From: Candidatus Oleincola secundus
Lineage (GTDB): Bacteria; Atribacterota; Phoenicimicrobiia; Phoenicimicrobiales; Stramentimicrobiaceae
DNA length: 64,000 nt
NCBI GenBank assembly: GCA_018400815.1
Contig: JAGYLS010000001.1
Location: 5,978 to 69,977, forward strand
Direction: 5' to 3'
Below are positions 28,943 through 39,346 of this stretch, one piece after another. The notes beneath the pieces were generated by a model, which saw only the letters and a list, made by a program, of their open reading frames with translations, did no database searches and was not told the DNA's origin. Both the position numbers and the translations under genes were made by a program. The first letter of the stretch is position 1; every line of letters starts with the position of its first letter.

Positions 28943-29848
28943 CTAATCAGGTATATCTGCAGGGAATGAATCTAATGTACCATCCAACCAAGTCATAATA
29001 GTAGCTAAGGTAGCAGGTGTATCACCAGCATCTACTACTTTATCTGAATCATAAAACAATAATAGTTCTTTATCAAAATTATTTTCTTTTGGTAAAGCAT
29101 GATCCATGACAGATGCAGTTTTAATAACAGCTAAATGAGTACAATCTGAATCATATCCACTATCCACAGAAAAACTACTATCTACTGTTCTAAATTTATA
29201 TTTACCATCACCCAAATGAGTATCAGAATCAGATTCTAATTTCTTAATTTCAGCTTCAGTAAGACCAAAATCACCAGTACTACTATTAAAATTAAAACTA
29301 CTATCCAATTCTGTAGCTGCATCTTCAACCCAAGCTGTTAGTTTTTGATCTTTATAAGAAGAACCTACAGTAAGAGTTAAAACACTAGCAGTGTCTGTAC
29401 ATGTGAAAGTAATACCAGGAATATCATCAGCATTAGCCCCAATAGCAGCTGTAAAAGCATCCAATAAAGATTCAATAGTAGCAGCGCTAGGAGTAACTTG
29501 ATATTTTTTAGTATATCTATTCATATTAGTAGCCCTACCTGCCACAGCTACAGCTAATGTATAAACTTTACTAACACTAACTGTTCCAGTAGGCGTCCAT
29601 GTCAAAGTTTGAGCATCAGCAGTAGGCAACAATCCATAATCAATACTATAATTTTTAGGATTAATAGGAAAACTAAGAATTTCACTATCCCTTTGAACTT
29701 GCAAAGTTATATTTGAATAACTAGCTATATTACCAGCATCACCAAAATCAAGATATGTATTAGTATCTGCTTCAAATATAGCCATTTCTCCATCTATAGT
29801 AGGAGAAACACCTCCTTTAAAATCAGTAGCAAAAAGTACTTTTTTCAT
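28943..29848 (-). CDS. Hypothetical structural protein, 301 aa.
   Basis: ORF. Thr/Ala-rich. Confidence 0.5.
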   Translation of the reverse strand: MKKVLFATDFKGGVSPTIDGEMAIFEADTNTYLDFGDAGNIASYSNITLQVQRDSEILSFPINPKNYSIDYGLLPTADAQTLTWTPTGTVSVSKVYTLAVAVAGRATNMNRYTKKYQVTPSAATIESLLDAFTAAIGANADDIPGITFTCTDTASVLTLTVGSSYKDQKLTAWVEDAATELDSSFNFNSSTGDFGLTEAEIKKLESDSDTHLGDGKYKFRTVDSSFSVDSGYDSDCTHLAVIKTASVMDHALPKENNFDKELLLFYDSDKVVDAGDTPATLATIMTWLDGTLDSFPADIPD

Positions 29849-29859
29849 TGTAATATCGT

Positions 29860-30849
29860 TTATTTATTTAAACTATTTAATTTAGTATATAGCTCTTTAA
29901 CTTTAGCACTTTTAACTTGTGCATTTGAATTAAAATAAGCTACAGTTTCATAAAGTGTATCTCCTAATACTATATCCGGTTCAGAAGCATCTACAATTAT
30001 ACTGGTATTAGGAAGTCTATTTAATACACCTTTTTTAATCATTCTTTCTATATCCGCTTTTACCTGAATTGCTTTATCATCATAAACAGTAATAAATTTA
30101 TCAGGATTACTATTAACTTGTTCTTTTAAGAACATATTTTTATCTATATCTGTTTTAAAATCTACAGGGTCAAGGTCATATAAATAAATCATATTATCAA
30201 CCTTCTTACTATCTTTAATAGCTAACATATATTTTTCATTAGCTTCTTCTGCTTTAACAAAAGCCTTACGTTTATTATCTTCTAATTCTCCTTCCATGAC
30301 AATATAGAATTTAATAAAGTTACTTTTATTAACATCTTCTAATTTATTAGCTACATCTCTATATTCCCAAGTATATAACCAAAGAATATAATCTTCGGGT
30401 TTAATTGGGGTAGCATATCTAAATTTAAATTCTTCTAAAACATTAGGTTTATGTTTAATTGTTCCATTTACCCACTGTTCTAAATCTTCATCAGTTTTAA
30501 TATTAGAATTAGATTTTAATAATTCTACTACATGAGGTTTATCTGAAGTAATATCATATTCTAAACCTAATTCTAACATTAATCCTGATGGTGGTACTGG
30601 AATAGATAAAGAATCGAAATAACGTTTTACTGATTGATGCCAATTAGAACTAGCAGAATTAGGGTCTATACCTAAAATATTAGGCATAAGTGATCTCAAT
30701 AATTCACCTCTAGCCAACATAGCATTAACAGCTTTCATAGAAGAACCTAATCTTCTGTTATCTTCAACTATATTATCTTTATTTATTTTAACGTAATAGG
30801 AAGGATTTAATTTCCATTCAATAGTTGCAATTCGTGATACTATTTTCAT
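29860..30849 (-). CDS. Hypothetical head-associated protein, 329 aa.
   Basis: ORF immediately downstream of the major-capsid-protein candidate. Confidence 0.45.
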   Translation of the reverse strand: MKIVSRIATIEWKLNPSYYVKINKDNIVEDNRRLGSSMKAVNAMLARGELLRSLMPNILGIDPNSASSNWHQSVKRYFDSLSIPVPPSGLMLELGLEYDITSDKPHVVELLKSNSNIKTDEDLEQWVNGTIKHKPNVLEEFKFRYATPIKPEDYILWLYTWEYRDVANKLEDVNKSNFIKFYIVMEGELEDNKRKAFVKAEEANEKYMLAIKDSKKVDNMIYLYDLDPVDFKTDIDKNMFLKEQVNSNPDKFITVYDDKAIQVKADIERMIKKGVLNRLPNTSIIVDASEPDIVLGDTLYETVAYFNSNAQVKSAKVKELYTKLNSLNK

Positions 30850-30896
30850 CCTTTTATATTTTATAAATATTTATAAGTTATTTAGTAATGTTATTA

Positions 30897-32360
30897 TTAA
30901 GTTCTCTCCAACCAAAATGAAGTAGTGGGATTAGTCATATAAATACCCATAGAACTCATAATTTCATAAGTAGCAATATCTTGTCTAGTTGAAAGTAAAC
31001 TTTCAGGAACAGAACCCCAAACAGGAGGCAATGGAGACATACCTTTATAAACACCAGTTATATATTCTCTACCTTTTTCTGCAATAAGACCAATATTTCT
31101 ACCACCATCATCAGTACGAGAATGGTCAAGAGATACCATATTATAAGAATAAGCAGGAAAACCAGCAATCATATTACCATTGGCTCTATCCTTTTCAGCT
31201 TGTGGGCCATGATTAAACAGATTAGTATTTATGATACTTATGATCTTACCATCAATAGTTTTATACTGATTAAAGTATTTACCATAAGTAAGATAACCAT
31301 CAGATTCTCCAATTACCCTATCGCCAAGAGGAATCATATATGTATTGGTATTAGCATCGTCTTGTAATGCTTTATTAAATTGACGAATACCACCATCACC
31401 TGTATAAATAATAATTTCAGTAGGAGTATTATCTACTCTATTACCAAATGCTGAAACAATAGTACTATCTATCTTCGCTAATGTTAAATCTGAATAAGTA
31501 TCATAATTTCCAATAGATGTTACAATTTCCTTAACCCCAGCTGTTTCTGGAACAGGTTCATGTGTTTCTTCATCTATTAAAGTAATATTACCTTTTTCAT
31601 CCCTATTAAATTCAGAGTGCCACAGATGATCTTCTTCAAGTAACATCCTATCAATATCAAATCGTTTCATATCAAAAGGCATCCACATATCAGTAGTTCC
31701 ACCATTATCTAATGGTAAACGAATGTTTAAAGTTTTATTAGATACATTACCAGCAATATGCTTAGACCATCTATGTAAACCAAATTGACTAACCCATTCA
31801 CCGGGTGTCATAGTATTATCTCTATTTCCACCTGCTTTACTTAAAGGAACAGTAGGTGCTGTAAGTACCCAATATTTACCAACAGCAAATTCGGTAACAG
31901 GAATACCTGCTCCAGTAGTATCTTTAGATTGAACTAAGTAATAATGAAAACCATCTGATTGTTTACCCATTTCCTTTTCAATACGAATCCTATATCCACC
32001 AGAAGGAGACATAGCACCATATTGTTTAATAAACATACCATCTCTCATTTTAATAGTAAATAAAGCATGGCCTTTACCAACATTTCCACTACCACTAACA
32101 CCAGCACATTCAGATACATGCTTCATCCTACCAAATACTTTCCAAGTAAAAGTAGTATCGTTAGCCCGTATAGGAGTTTTAGATTTCATTAATCCTTCGC
32201 CTCTTGTTTTAGTTAGCAAAGGAAAAATATCACTATCTTTACCATACATATAAGTCATATTAATATCTAACTGAACTGGATCAATCAGCTTATTTCTATA
32301 TAACAAATTTTCATCTGCGTAAAGATTAGAATCATAAGTTGTTACACTTAATTCTTTCAT
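30897..32360 (-). CDS. Candidate major capsid protein, 487 aa.
   Basis: Position after the scaffold-like gene and portal. The size is typical of HK97-fold major capsid proteins of large podo- or sipho-like phages. There is no explicit motif, so the call rests on synteny. Confidence 0.35.
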   Translation of the reverse strand: MKELSVTTYDSNLYADENLLYRNKLIDPVQLDINMTYMYGKDSDIFPLLTKTRGEGLMKSKTPIRANDTTFTWKVFGRMKHVSECAGVSGSGNVGKGHALFTIKMRDGMFIKQYGAMSPSGGYRIRIEKEMGKQSDGFHYYLVQSKDTTGAGIPVTEFAVGKYWVLTAPTVPLSKAGGNRDNTMTPGEWVSQFGLHRWSKHIAGNVSNKTLNIRLPLDNGGTTDMWMPFDMKRFDIDRMLLEEDHLWHSEFNRDEKGNITLIDEETHEPVPETAGVKEIVTSIGNYDTYSDLTLAKIDSTIVSAFGNRVDNTPTEIIIYTGDGGIRQFNKALQDDANTNTYMIPLGDRVIGESDGYLTYGKYFNQYKTIDGKIISIINTNLFNHGPQAEKDRANGNMIAGFPAYSYNMVSLDHSRTDDGGRNIGLIAEKGREYITGVYKGMSPLPPVWGSVPESLLSTRQDIATYEIMSSMGIYMTNPTTSFWLERT

Positions 32361-32388
32361 TTTCTATTTAATTTTAATTAATAATTGT

Positions 32389-33696
32389 TTAACTTTGTCT
32401 TTTGACTTTTAATGCAATTTTGCCAGTGGATTTATTAGTTCCACCTTTTACTTTAAGTTTATTCTTAGTTGTGTTATATTTTGTTAAATCTTCTTTTTGT
32501 TCAATCAAAGGATTAGTATGTGTAAACATTGTAAATGCTTCATACAAATCATCATTCATAGTTTTATTAGAATCTCTAACCAACGAATCATATTGATATT
32601 TACTCATTTTACTTTTCTGACCACCAACATCAAATACTTGTGGTTTATATAAATAATCAAAAAATTCAGATTTATTTTTAGATACAAAACTATTACCTTG
32701 CTTTACTCTAATCTGATCAGGTATTTTAAATTTCTGATCTTGAATAGTTATCTCTTTTTTATTAAATATTAAATCTCTAACTGAACCTTCAACTTCAACA
32801 GGTTTACCTGTTTTAGGATTAATACCCCAAGTTTGTATAAACTCATTTTGTTTATTTTGTTCTATTTGAGAATTATATTGTTCTTTATCTTGTTTAATTC
32901 TATCTTGAGTAGATTTAGCTACATTATATAATTTCTCATTATCTTCTAAATAAGAAATATATCCATTAGCTTCTTCTACTGTTTCCCCTTTAGCCAATCT
33001 ATCTTTTCTAATTATAGCTCTTTGTGATTCTAAATCATCTTGCTTTATATCTCTAAATACATCAATAGATGCATCATAATTATCAAGACTACCATACTTA
33101 TCTAAATGAGGAAGTACATCAGATAGAACAGGATATTTAGAAATTAAATTAGATATAAAAACTTCTTCATTATTACTTTCTAATACTTCAGAAGCAACTT
33201 GATTTTTTATATCTTCAACATAAGTTTTAAGACCTTCTAAAGAAGCATCATATTTCTTATATTCTCCATTTTCATCCTGTACTTTAACTTCAGTTTTATC
33301 AAAGAACTCTTCAATCGGATTAGATTCTACTTCTATATCTTCTTTCTTATAAACTACTTCACCAGAATCATTAACATAATTACCATCTTCACTTTCATAC
33401 AATTCAACTTCACCATCTTCAGTTTCAACAGTTACTTTTTTTAATGTAGAGGTATCAAAGGGTTTATCATCTTTATCATCTTTGTTGTCTTTATCCTCTT
33501 TATCTTCTTTATCTTTATTTGTATTTACATCTACATCATCTGATTTAGCTTCTTCCTTTGATTCATCCTTTGATTCATCTGGTTTATCATTAACATCTTC
33601 TTTTGCTTCAGTAGGTTTATCAAAATCAAAATCAACATTCAAATCTTCTTGAACATCAGGGTCAATTCTACTCTTTGGAAATTTAACTTTTGTCAT
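32389..33696 (-). CDS. Scaffold-like protein, 435 aa, with a highly acidic low-complexity N-terminus and predicted helical remainder.
   Basis: Asp/Glu/Lys-rich N-terminal 90 aa (DKEDKEDKDNKDDKDDK). Located between the portal and the capsid candidate. Confidence 0.35.
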   Translation of the reverse strand: MTKVKFPKSRIDPDVQEDLNVDFDFDKPTEAKEDVNDKPDESKDESKEEAKSDDVDVNTNKDKEDKEDKDNKDDKDDKPFDTSTLKKVTVETEDGEVELYESEDGNYVNDSGEVVYKKEDIEVESNPIEEFFDKTEVKVQDENGEYKKYDASLEGLKTYVEDIKNQVASEVLESNNEEVFISNLISKYPVLSDVLPHLDKYGSLDNYDASIDVFRDIKQDDLESQRAIIRKDRLAKGETVEEANGYISYLEDNEKLYNVAKSTQDRIKQDKEQYNSQIEQNKQNEFIQTWGINPKTGKPVEVEGSVRDLIFNKKEITIQDQKFKIPDQIRVKQGNSFVSKNKSEFFDYLYKPQVFDVGGQKSKMSKYQYDSLVRDSNKTMNDDLYEAFTMFTHTNPLIEQKEDLTKYNTTKNKLKVKGGTNKSTGKIALKVKRQS

Positions 33697-33806
33697 AATT
33701 TAAAAATATTTTAAACATTATTAGTTAATTAGAACTCAAATATAATTGTTATTAATCAGTTGATAGACAAAGAATTAATATAAATCAATATTAACGGGTC
33801 TATCTT

Positions 33807-36134
33807 TTATTTATTATCCTTTTGTTTAACTTTTGAATTAGAATATTTAGCTTTTATTTCTTCTTTTTCTTTATCATAATTTGACTTAATCTGTTGTATT
33901 TTCTCTCTTGAAATAATACCTTCTCTAGCTGTTTGAGCATCTATTTCACTAGCTCTTTCTTTAATTTCATTATTCTCTCTATTCATTATTAAGTCATATT
34001 CTTTCCCAATTACTAAGTTTTCTTGTTCCAATGAACCTTTTAATTCTTCCATTAATTGTTCATTATTTATTCTCTTATCTTCTAATTCTAAAGCTCCCTG
34101 ATTAGCTAATTCTTGTTGTTGTAATCTGGATTGTTCTAATGCTTGTTGTTGTTCTTCATTAGCTTTTTTAATCATCTTAACAGCTAATTTAATTTCTTCT
34201 ATATTATCACTTTCTATAGCAGAAATACCCTGATCAAAATCACCATTTTGAGCAGCACTAACTGCCATTTGTCTAATTTGATTTAATTTATTATCTAGAT
34301 TTAATCCATTATCAATATATACACCATAACTACGTTTAAAATTAATATAACCATCTATATCTATTTGTATGACTTTTCCTTTTTCATCAAACATAGTATC
34401 TGATATGCCATCTATAAATATATATTTAGCATATTCTAAATCAGCTTCATGTTCTTTTTCAAGTATCTTTCTAAATACCTCAAGTGATAAAGCATTTCCT
34501 AATTTTGATCTATATATATTTTGTTCTACATTGCCAACACCACTTCTTGTATCTATATTACCTAATCTATCATTATTTAAACTACCTGTTTCTTGTGCTC
34601 GTGATGCAAAATATTGTTGTATCTGAATTAAGGTATTAAGATATTTATCTGTAGATGAACCTTGAACTAATCTAAAACCTTGAACAACTGTTTGTAAGTT
34701 AACTATACTATCATCATAAACTATTCTTCCATCTTTCAATAAATAATATGTTTTTTCAGTAGTACTAGCCCCTTTATCTGAAGCTAGCATAGACTTAGGA
34801 ATGATTAGTATGTCGTCTTTATATTTATGTAATGTTTTTTCTATATGAAAAGTCAACATCATATCTATCAATTGATAAGCTACTAATCTAAAAGGAACAG
34901 GATTAATCTTTTTATTTTTTAATATTCCAATCTTACCAGTAACAGGTAATTTACCATCTCTTTGAACTAATAATTTTTCAGGTTTAGTATATACTCCAGT
35001 ATGTTCATAACCATATCTAGCACCATAATAAACTTCAGGTATTTGCCTGTTTTTAATTTCAATATCCCCCAGAGAGGTATTCAAATTATAATCATCAGGA
35101 ACAATAGTAATCTTTTCTTTGTTTGTACTCAAATCAACATATCTTAGTTCTTTCACTTTACGATATGCTTTAAATACTATATTATGTTTTCTAATTGTTC
35201 TACTTGATTCAGTCAAATATTTACCAACTCTATCTGTTTCTCCTATCCTATACCAATCGTTATATCTTCTACTTTCAATTAGATGTGGAGGAGCATATAT
35301 CGGAGAGTTAGTAGATACAGAACCCATTAAAGCTTCAACATAATTTCTTTGTTCTTTAGTTAACTTATCTTTTTCTTTCATTAAAAATTCATCCCATGTA
35401 ATATCTTCAACCCAAAGAAAAGCTATTCCATCTTCAACAAAATCACAATCACCTAAATAAGGGAATCCTTCTTGTGGCAATATTATTTTTTTAATAAACT
35501 CTCCATTCTCAATAGTTCTATATGTATAAGTTTCTTCAGTAGTCCACCAATTATAATACATCTGATACCTATAATAATCAAAGTCTGTTTTCTCATTTAC
35601 ATATTGTAAATATCGTTTAGCTTTAAGAGTTTCATTAAATATATATTCCTCTTTCTTTTTTTCTATTAAAGCCTTCAGTTGAACAGGAGTTATATCTTCA
35701 GAAGAGTTCTCACTTTGAGCTTTTCTTAATTCTTCAATAATTGAAGCCTTGATAACATCTGCCATTAGCTGTCGTATTTCAGAATCTTGAGCTGTAGCTA
35801 TATCAGGATCATGGAATTTAACAGAATAATTATAAGGAAGTTCTATATATTCACCTATTATTTTCTCTACTATAGGAGTTATAATATCAGTACTCTTTAG
35901 TTTAATAGGGAACTTCTCATTTAATTCTTCAGCCTGTTCATTAAAAGGTTTCAATAAATAATTTAAAACAGACTTATCTATTATGCCATTTGAAGCATCT
36001 ATTAATATTTGAGTTTGATTATTATTTTTAGCAGTAGTACATTGATAAATCCAATAATCATAAGTAGGAACAAACCATTTCTCTTTTCTCTTAGCACTAT
36101 CTGAGACATCTTGTTGAGGCAAAAATACATTCAT
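33807..36134 (-). CDS. Candidate portal protein, 775 aa.
   Basis: Large ORF directly downstream of the terminase large subunit. The C-terminal coiled-coil tail is typical of portals. The call rests on synteny. Confidence 0.4.
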   Translation of the reverse strand: MNVFLPQQDVSDSAKRKEKWFVPTYDYWIYQCTTAKNNNQTQILIDASNGIIDKSVLNYLLKPFNEQAEELNEKFPIKLKSTDIITPIVEKIIGEYIELPYNYSVKFHDPDIATAQDSEIRQLMADVIKASIIEELRKAQSENSSEDITPVQLKALIEKKKEEYIFNETLKAKRYLQYVNEKTDFDYYRYQMYYNWWTTEETYTYRTIENGEFIKKIILPQEGFPYLGDCDFVEDGIAFLWVEDITWDEFLMKEKDKLTKEQRNYVEALMGSVSTNSPIYAPPHLIESRRYNDWYRIGETDRVGKYLTESSRTIRKHNIVFKAYRKVKELRYVDLSTNKEKITIVPDDYNLNTSLGDIEIKNRQIPEVYYGARYGYEHTGVYTKPEKLLVQRDGKLPVTGKIGILKNKKINPVPFRLVAYQLIDMMLTFHIEKTLHKYKDDILIIPKSMLASDKGASTTEKTYYLLKDGRIVYDDSIVNLQTVVQGFRLVQGSSTDKYLNTLIQIQQYFASRAQETGSLNNDRLGNIDTRSGVGNVEQNIYRSKLGNALSLEVFRKILEKEHEADLEYAKYIFIDGISDTMFDEKGKVIQIDIDGYINFKRSYGVYIDNGLNLDNKLNQIRQMAVSAAQNGDFDQGISAIESDNIEEIKLAVKMIKKANEEQQQALEQSRLQQQELANQGALELEDKRINNEQLMEELKGSLEQENLVIGKEYDLIMNRENNEIKERASEIDAQTAREGIISREKIQQIKSNYDKEKEEIKAKYSNSKVKQKDNK

Positions 36135-36149
36135 ATCTTTAATATTAAA

Positions 36150-38513
36150 TTAATTTAAACACATTGCTTCTGTTATAGTATTATAATTATCTCCTTGTAA
36201 ATTATCATTTTCATATTGAGCCTGCCTAGTTAAAGATATTACTTTTCTTCTAAACATAAAAGCTCTTAATGCAGAAAGTCTATCCACATTTAACCCAGAT
36301 GAATACTTACTAAATTCTTGCAATAAAGGCAAATCTTCAATTCTTTCTAATGTATAAATAGAACTACCATCTTCTCTAACTGAACTATAATCATAAAGCC
36401 ATTCTTTAGTCCATTTCAAACCATCTTCTGCTTTCTCTCCTGTACCTCCTATATTAATACCATACCCAATATTTAAAGGTTCTTCTTTGCCTTTAATCTT
36501 ATACATGGGATCGTGTAATAATAAATCTAATCCTCCCCATGATCTAAAATTAGTAACAGCATTACCTCTATCCACTTCTATTATAATTTTAGCATTATAA
36601 TATCTACAAGCATTAAATACATATCTATCAGAAGTTTTCATTAACATAGGCCTACCAACGTAAGCAGCTACTATTAAATCAGGAGGAATACCATAATCAT
36701 TAGGAACTGTAATAATATAAAAAGCATTAAGAGAATGAAATATTTTAATCTCTGGTGTATTTAAATCTTTTCCAACTGTATCATAACAGGCTTCATATAA
36801 GCCGGAAGGAATATTACCATTTTTATCTTTATAAGGAGCGTGATATATTCTGAAACACCCATGAGGGTCAGCATCCATCTGCATAGGGAAAGATTCTATA
36901 TAAGGGTGAATCATGTCCTTATACTTAACATTTTTCTTAGATAAAGTGTCTAATTCAGATAACGTTTTAAATTTATAAACATCATCTTCTTTAATAAAGT
37001 TACCATCTTTATAATACAATAAATCCTTAGAAGATTTAATAGATTCAATATGATTTGCTAAAATACCACTAGAAAATATATTAGATGATGCACTAGAAAA
37101 TGCTTCACTAGGTCTATTTGAATATTGAGAACAATATTTAGTATATCTTTCATTAGATATTCCACCAACAGCATTAGCTTTTATTTTTCTTTCATTCTTA
37201 GAAATAGCAATAGCAACTTCATAAATACTATTACCATCTTTATCTAAAGAATGTTTACCATTTAATATACCTTGTAAGCCATACCAATAAGGCATAAACC
37301 AACCAACTTTATTATGTCTAGAATTAGCATCCCATATATTTTCAAAAGGCATAAAATTAAACATTTCAGGAGATTCATAGTTTCTTTCAAACTGAACCCA
37401 TGACCCTTCTTTAGAACCACCTGTTCCTCCACAAAATATAAAACCAGTTAGATATGCTCCAGTTCTGGTAGTAGGTTCTGTAACATCCATTACTTTTTCA
37501 AAGTTAGGAAAGTTACTCATTTCATCTAATTTAATTTTCTTACCATCTTTACCAATAGCAGCATCAGGATTATTACCAAAAGATAAAGCTAATATCCTAG
37601 ATAAATAACCTGAATTTGTACTATCTGATCTTTTATATCCAATTATTAATTCGTTGATGTCTTTTTTAAGTAAACCTTTACCTGGAAAATTACGTCTAAA
37701 CGGTGTATGATCTTCATAAAATTCTAATTGAGTTTTAGACATAGGAGATAATGAGTTACCTTGAGTTACATATTTTTTATCATAAGCACCATGTATCACT
37801 GTAACTTTAGGATTTAAATTAACTTCATTAGCAGAATCACAACCTTCCATGTAACTCATCCCTTTACGTCTAGATTTAAGAACAATCATGTGATAACCAT
37901 TGAGTTTAGCAAACTCTTTAGCTTTAGTTATCCAATACTGAGAATCTATAAATAAAGGAATTTGTTGATCTTTTTCACCACCTAAAGAACCATCTGCAAC
38001 TTTATGTTCATCCAGTAAAAAGATTTGACCATAATTTATAAAGTTGTATTGTTCACCTGATATTCTTAAAGGCTTTAATAAATTATCAGCTTCATCTAAT
38101 CTACCTAAATCTATTAACTTATTATATTTAGGAATATCAGAATGTAATAATTTACAATTAGCTGTTATTCCATGTTTTCTCCTATGTTCTTCCCTTCTTC
38201 TAAATTTATTATATTCTATGCTATCTTTATCAGAATCTAAAAATGTATATTTACCATGTTTATTATAAAACAAAGCAGCTTCTCTTAATCTATGGGTTTC
38301 TTTAAATATAAAATTAATATTAGGTAGAAAACCACCAGATTCACCAACTAACCAATCTTCATCAGGATCATAATAAACTTTACCTGTTTTAGGATTAATT
38401 ACTTGATTAGCTCTTTTATATTTAGATTTATCTTCTAAAATATAAGAATAAAAAGGCTCATTCTCTTTAGGGTCTAAGTCTAAATTAAAATTTATATAAT
38501 CATTAGATTCCAT
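36150..38513 (-). CDS. terL: Terminase large subunit, with an ATPase domain and a C-terminal RNaseH-like nuclease.
   Basis: Walker-A-like VLKSRRKGMSYM and Walker B IKLDEMSNF. Nuclease-domain motif MQMDADPHG (terminase 'G.DpA..G') with additional acidic residues (EVDRGN). Confidence 0.6.
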   Translation of the reverse strand: MESNDYINFNLDLDPKENEPFYSYILEDKSKYKRANQVINPKTGKVYYDPDEDWLVGESGGFLPNINFIFKETHRLREAALFYNKHGKYTFLDSDKDSIEYNKFRRREEHRRKHGITANCKLLHSDIPKYNKLIDLGRLDEADNLLKPLRISGEQYNFINYGQIFLLDEHKVADGSLGGEKDQQIPLFIDSQYWITKAKEFAKLNGYHMIVLKSRRKGMSYMEGCDSANEVNLNPKVTVIHGAYDKKYVTQGNSLSPMSKTQLEFYEDHTPFRRNFPGKGLLKKDINELIIGYKRSDSTNSGYLSRILALSFGNNPDAAIGKDGKKIKLDEMSNFPNFEKVMDVTEPTTRTGAYLTGFIFCGGTGGSKEGSWVQFERNYESPEMFNFMPFENIWDANSRHNKVGWFMPYWYGLQGILNGKHSLDKDGNSIYEVAIAISKNERKIKANAVGGISNERYTKYCSQYSNRPSEAFSSASSNIFSSGILANHIESIKSSKDLLYYKDGNFIKEDDVYKFKTLSELDTLSKKNVKYKDMIHPYIESFPMQMDADPHGCFRIYHAPYKDKNGNIPSGLYEACYDTVGKDLNTPEIKIFHSLNAFYIITVPNDYGIPPDLIVAAYVGRPMLMKTSDRYVFNACRYYNAKIIIEVDRGNAVTNFRSWGGLDLLLHDPMYKIKGKEEPLNIGYGINIGGTGEKAEDGLKWTKEWLYDYSSVREDGSSIYTLERIEDLPLLQEFSKYSSGLNVDRLSALRAFMFRRKVISLTRQAQYENDNLQGDNYNTITEAMCLN

Positions 38514-38526
38514 TGTTTATTATATT

Positions 38527-39123
38527 CTATTTATTAGGTATCATACTATCAACTATAACTCCTCCACCTAATCCTTTTTCTTTAGATTCTTCTTCTTTCT
38601 TAACTTTAAACTCTAATTCTTTTAATTTAGAAATATTACTATCCGCACTAGTTGCCATTTCAAATAAAGATTTATTATTAGATATTACTTGATTAATTAA
38701 TCCTATTTTGTTTTTAAGTTCTTCAGGATCATTTAAATCTAATGCTTCAATTTTAATTAATAATTCCTCATTTAAAACATTTAACAACTTAATAGCTTTA
38801 CTACTACTATTTAATGCTTTATATAATTCTCTTAAATATTTAATTGCTACTGTATCTCTTATTTTATAATATGCTTCTATTGCTTTTTCTACAGTCTTAT
38901 TAGGAATAAAAGAAGGAGGCAGTCCTGATTCTTCAATTGCATATTGATGTGTTTCTATTTCATTATATCCAGATTGAATAGGATAAGCATTATAATCAGA
39001 TACATTATAAACATACAACATTAAACTATAAAAGGTATATTCTTTTACTTCTCTAAGTTTAATTAATGCTTTATCTTTAGTATGTAAAAATACTTTATTA
39101 TCTTCAAAAGTTACTATTTCCAT
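38527..39123 (-). CDS. Hypothetical protein, 198 aa. Possibly a terminase small subunit or DNA-binding protein, but this is unverified.
   Basis: ORF immediately upstream of terL. Helical, with a charged C-terminus. Confidence 0.35.
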   Translation of the reverse strand: MEIVTFEDNKVFLHTKDKALIKLREVKEYTFYSLMLYVYNVSDYNAYPIQSGYNEIETHQYAIEESGLPPSFIPNKTVEKAIEAYYKIRDTVAIKYLRELYKALNSSSKAIKLLNVLNEELLIKIEALDLNDPEELKNKIGLINQVISNNKSLFEMATSADSNISKLKELEFKVKKEEESKEKGLGGGVIVDSMIPNK

Positions 39124-39335
39124 GAATAATTCACTTTAATTACAGCCCAACTATCTTCTAAATCTTCTTTGATTTTTACAATATCTACTTTAACTCTAGC
39201 CATACAATACTCATTTATTCTACTTATGATTTCCTCCATAGTTCCAGTTATATAATAAAAAGCTTCAGGTTTAAGAGGAGGAGCATAATAATCAAAATCA
39301 GAATCATCAAATATGGGTGCTGTTATATCTTTCAT
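39114..39335 (-). CDS. Small hypothetical protein, 73 aa.
   Basis: ORF. Confidence 0.35.
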   Translation of the reverse strand: MKDITAPIFDDSDFDYYAPPLKPEAFYYITGTMEEIISRINEYCMARVKVDIVKIKEDLEDSWAVIKVNYSWK

Positions 39336-39346
39336 AATATTTAAAT

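Noticed and set aside
5412-38268. Other short antisense ORFs inside large genes (5412..5636+, 14649..14840+, 16906..17220-, 18211..18420+, 18503..18832+, 23676..23921+, 25235..25456+, 31122..31367+, 32402..32596+, 34369..34626+, 35119..35343+, 38044..38268+).
   Set aside because: All are fully embedded opposite much longer, tightly packed ORFs and have biased hydrophobic, low-complexity composition.
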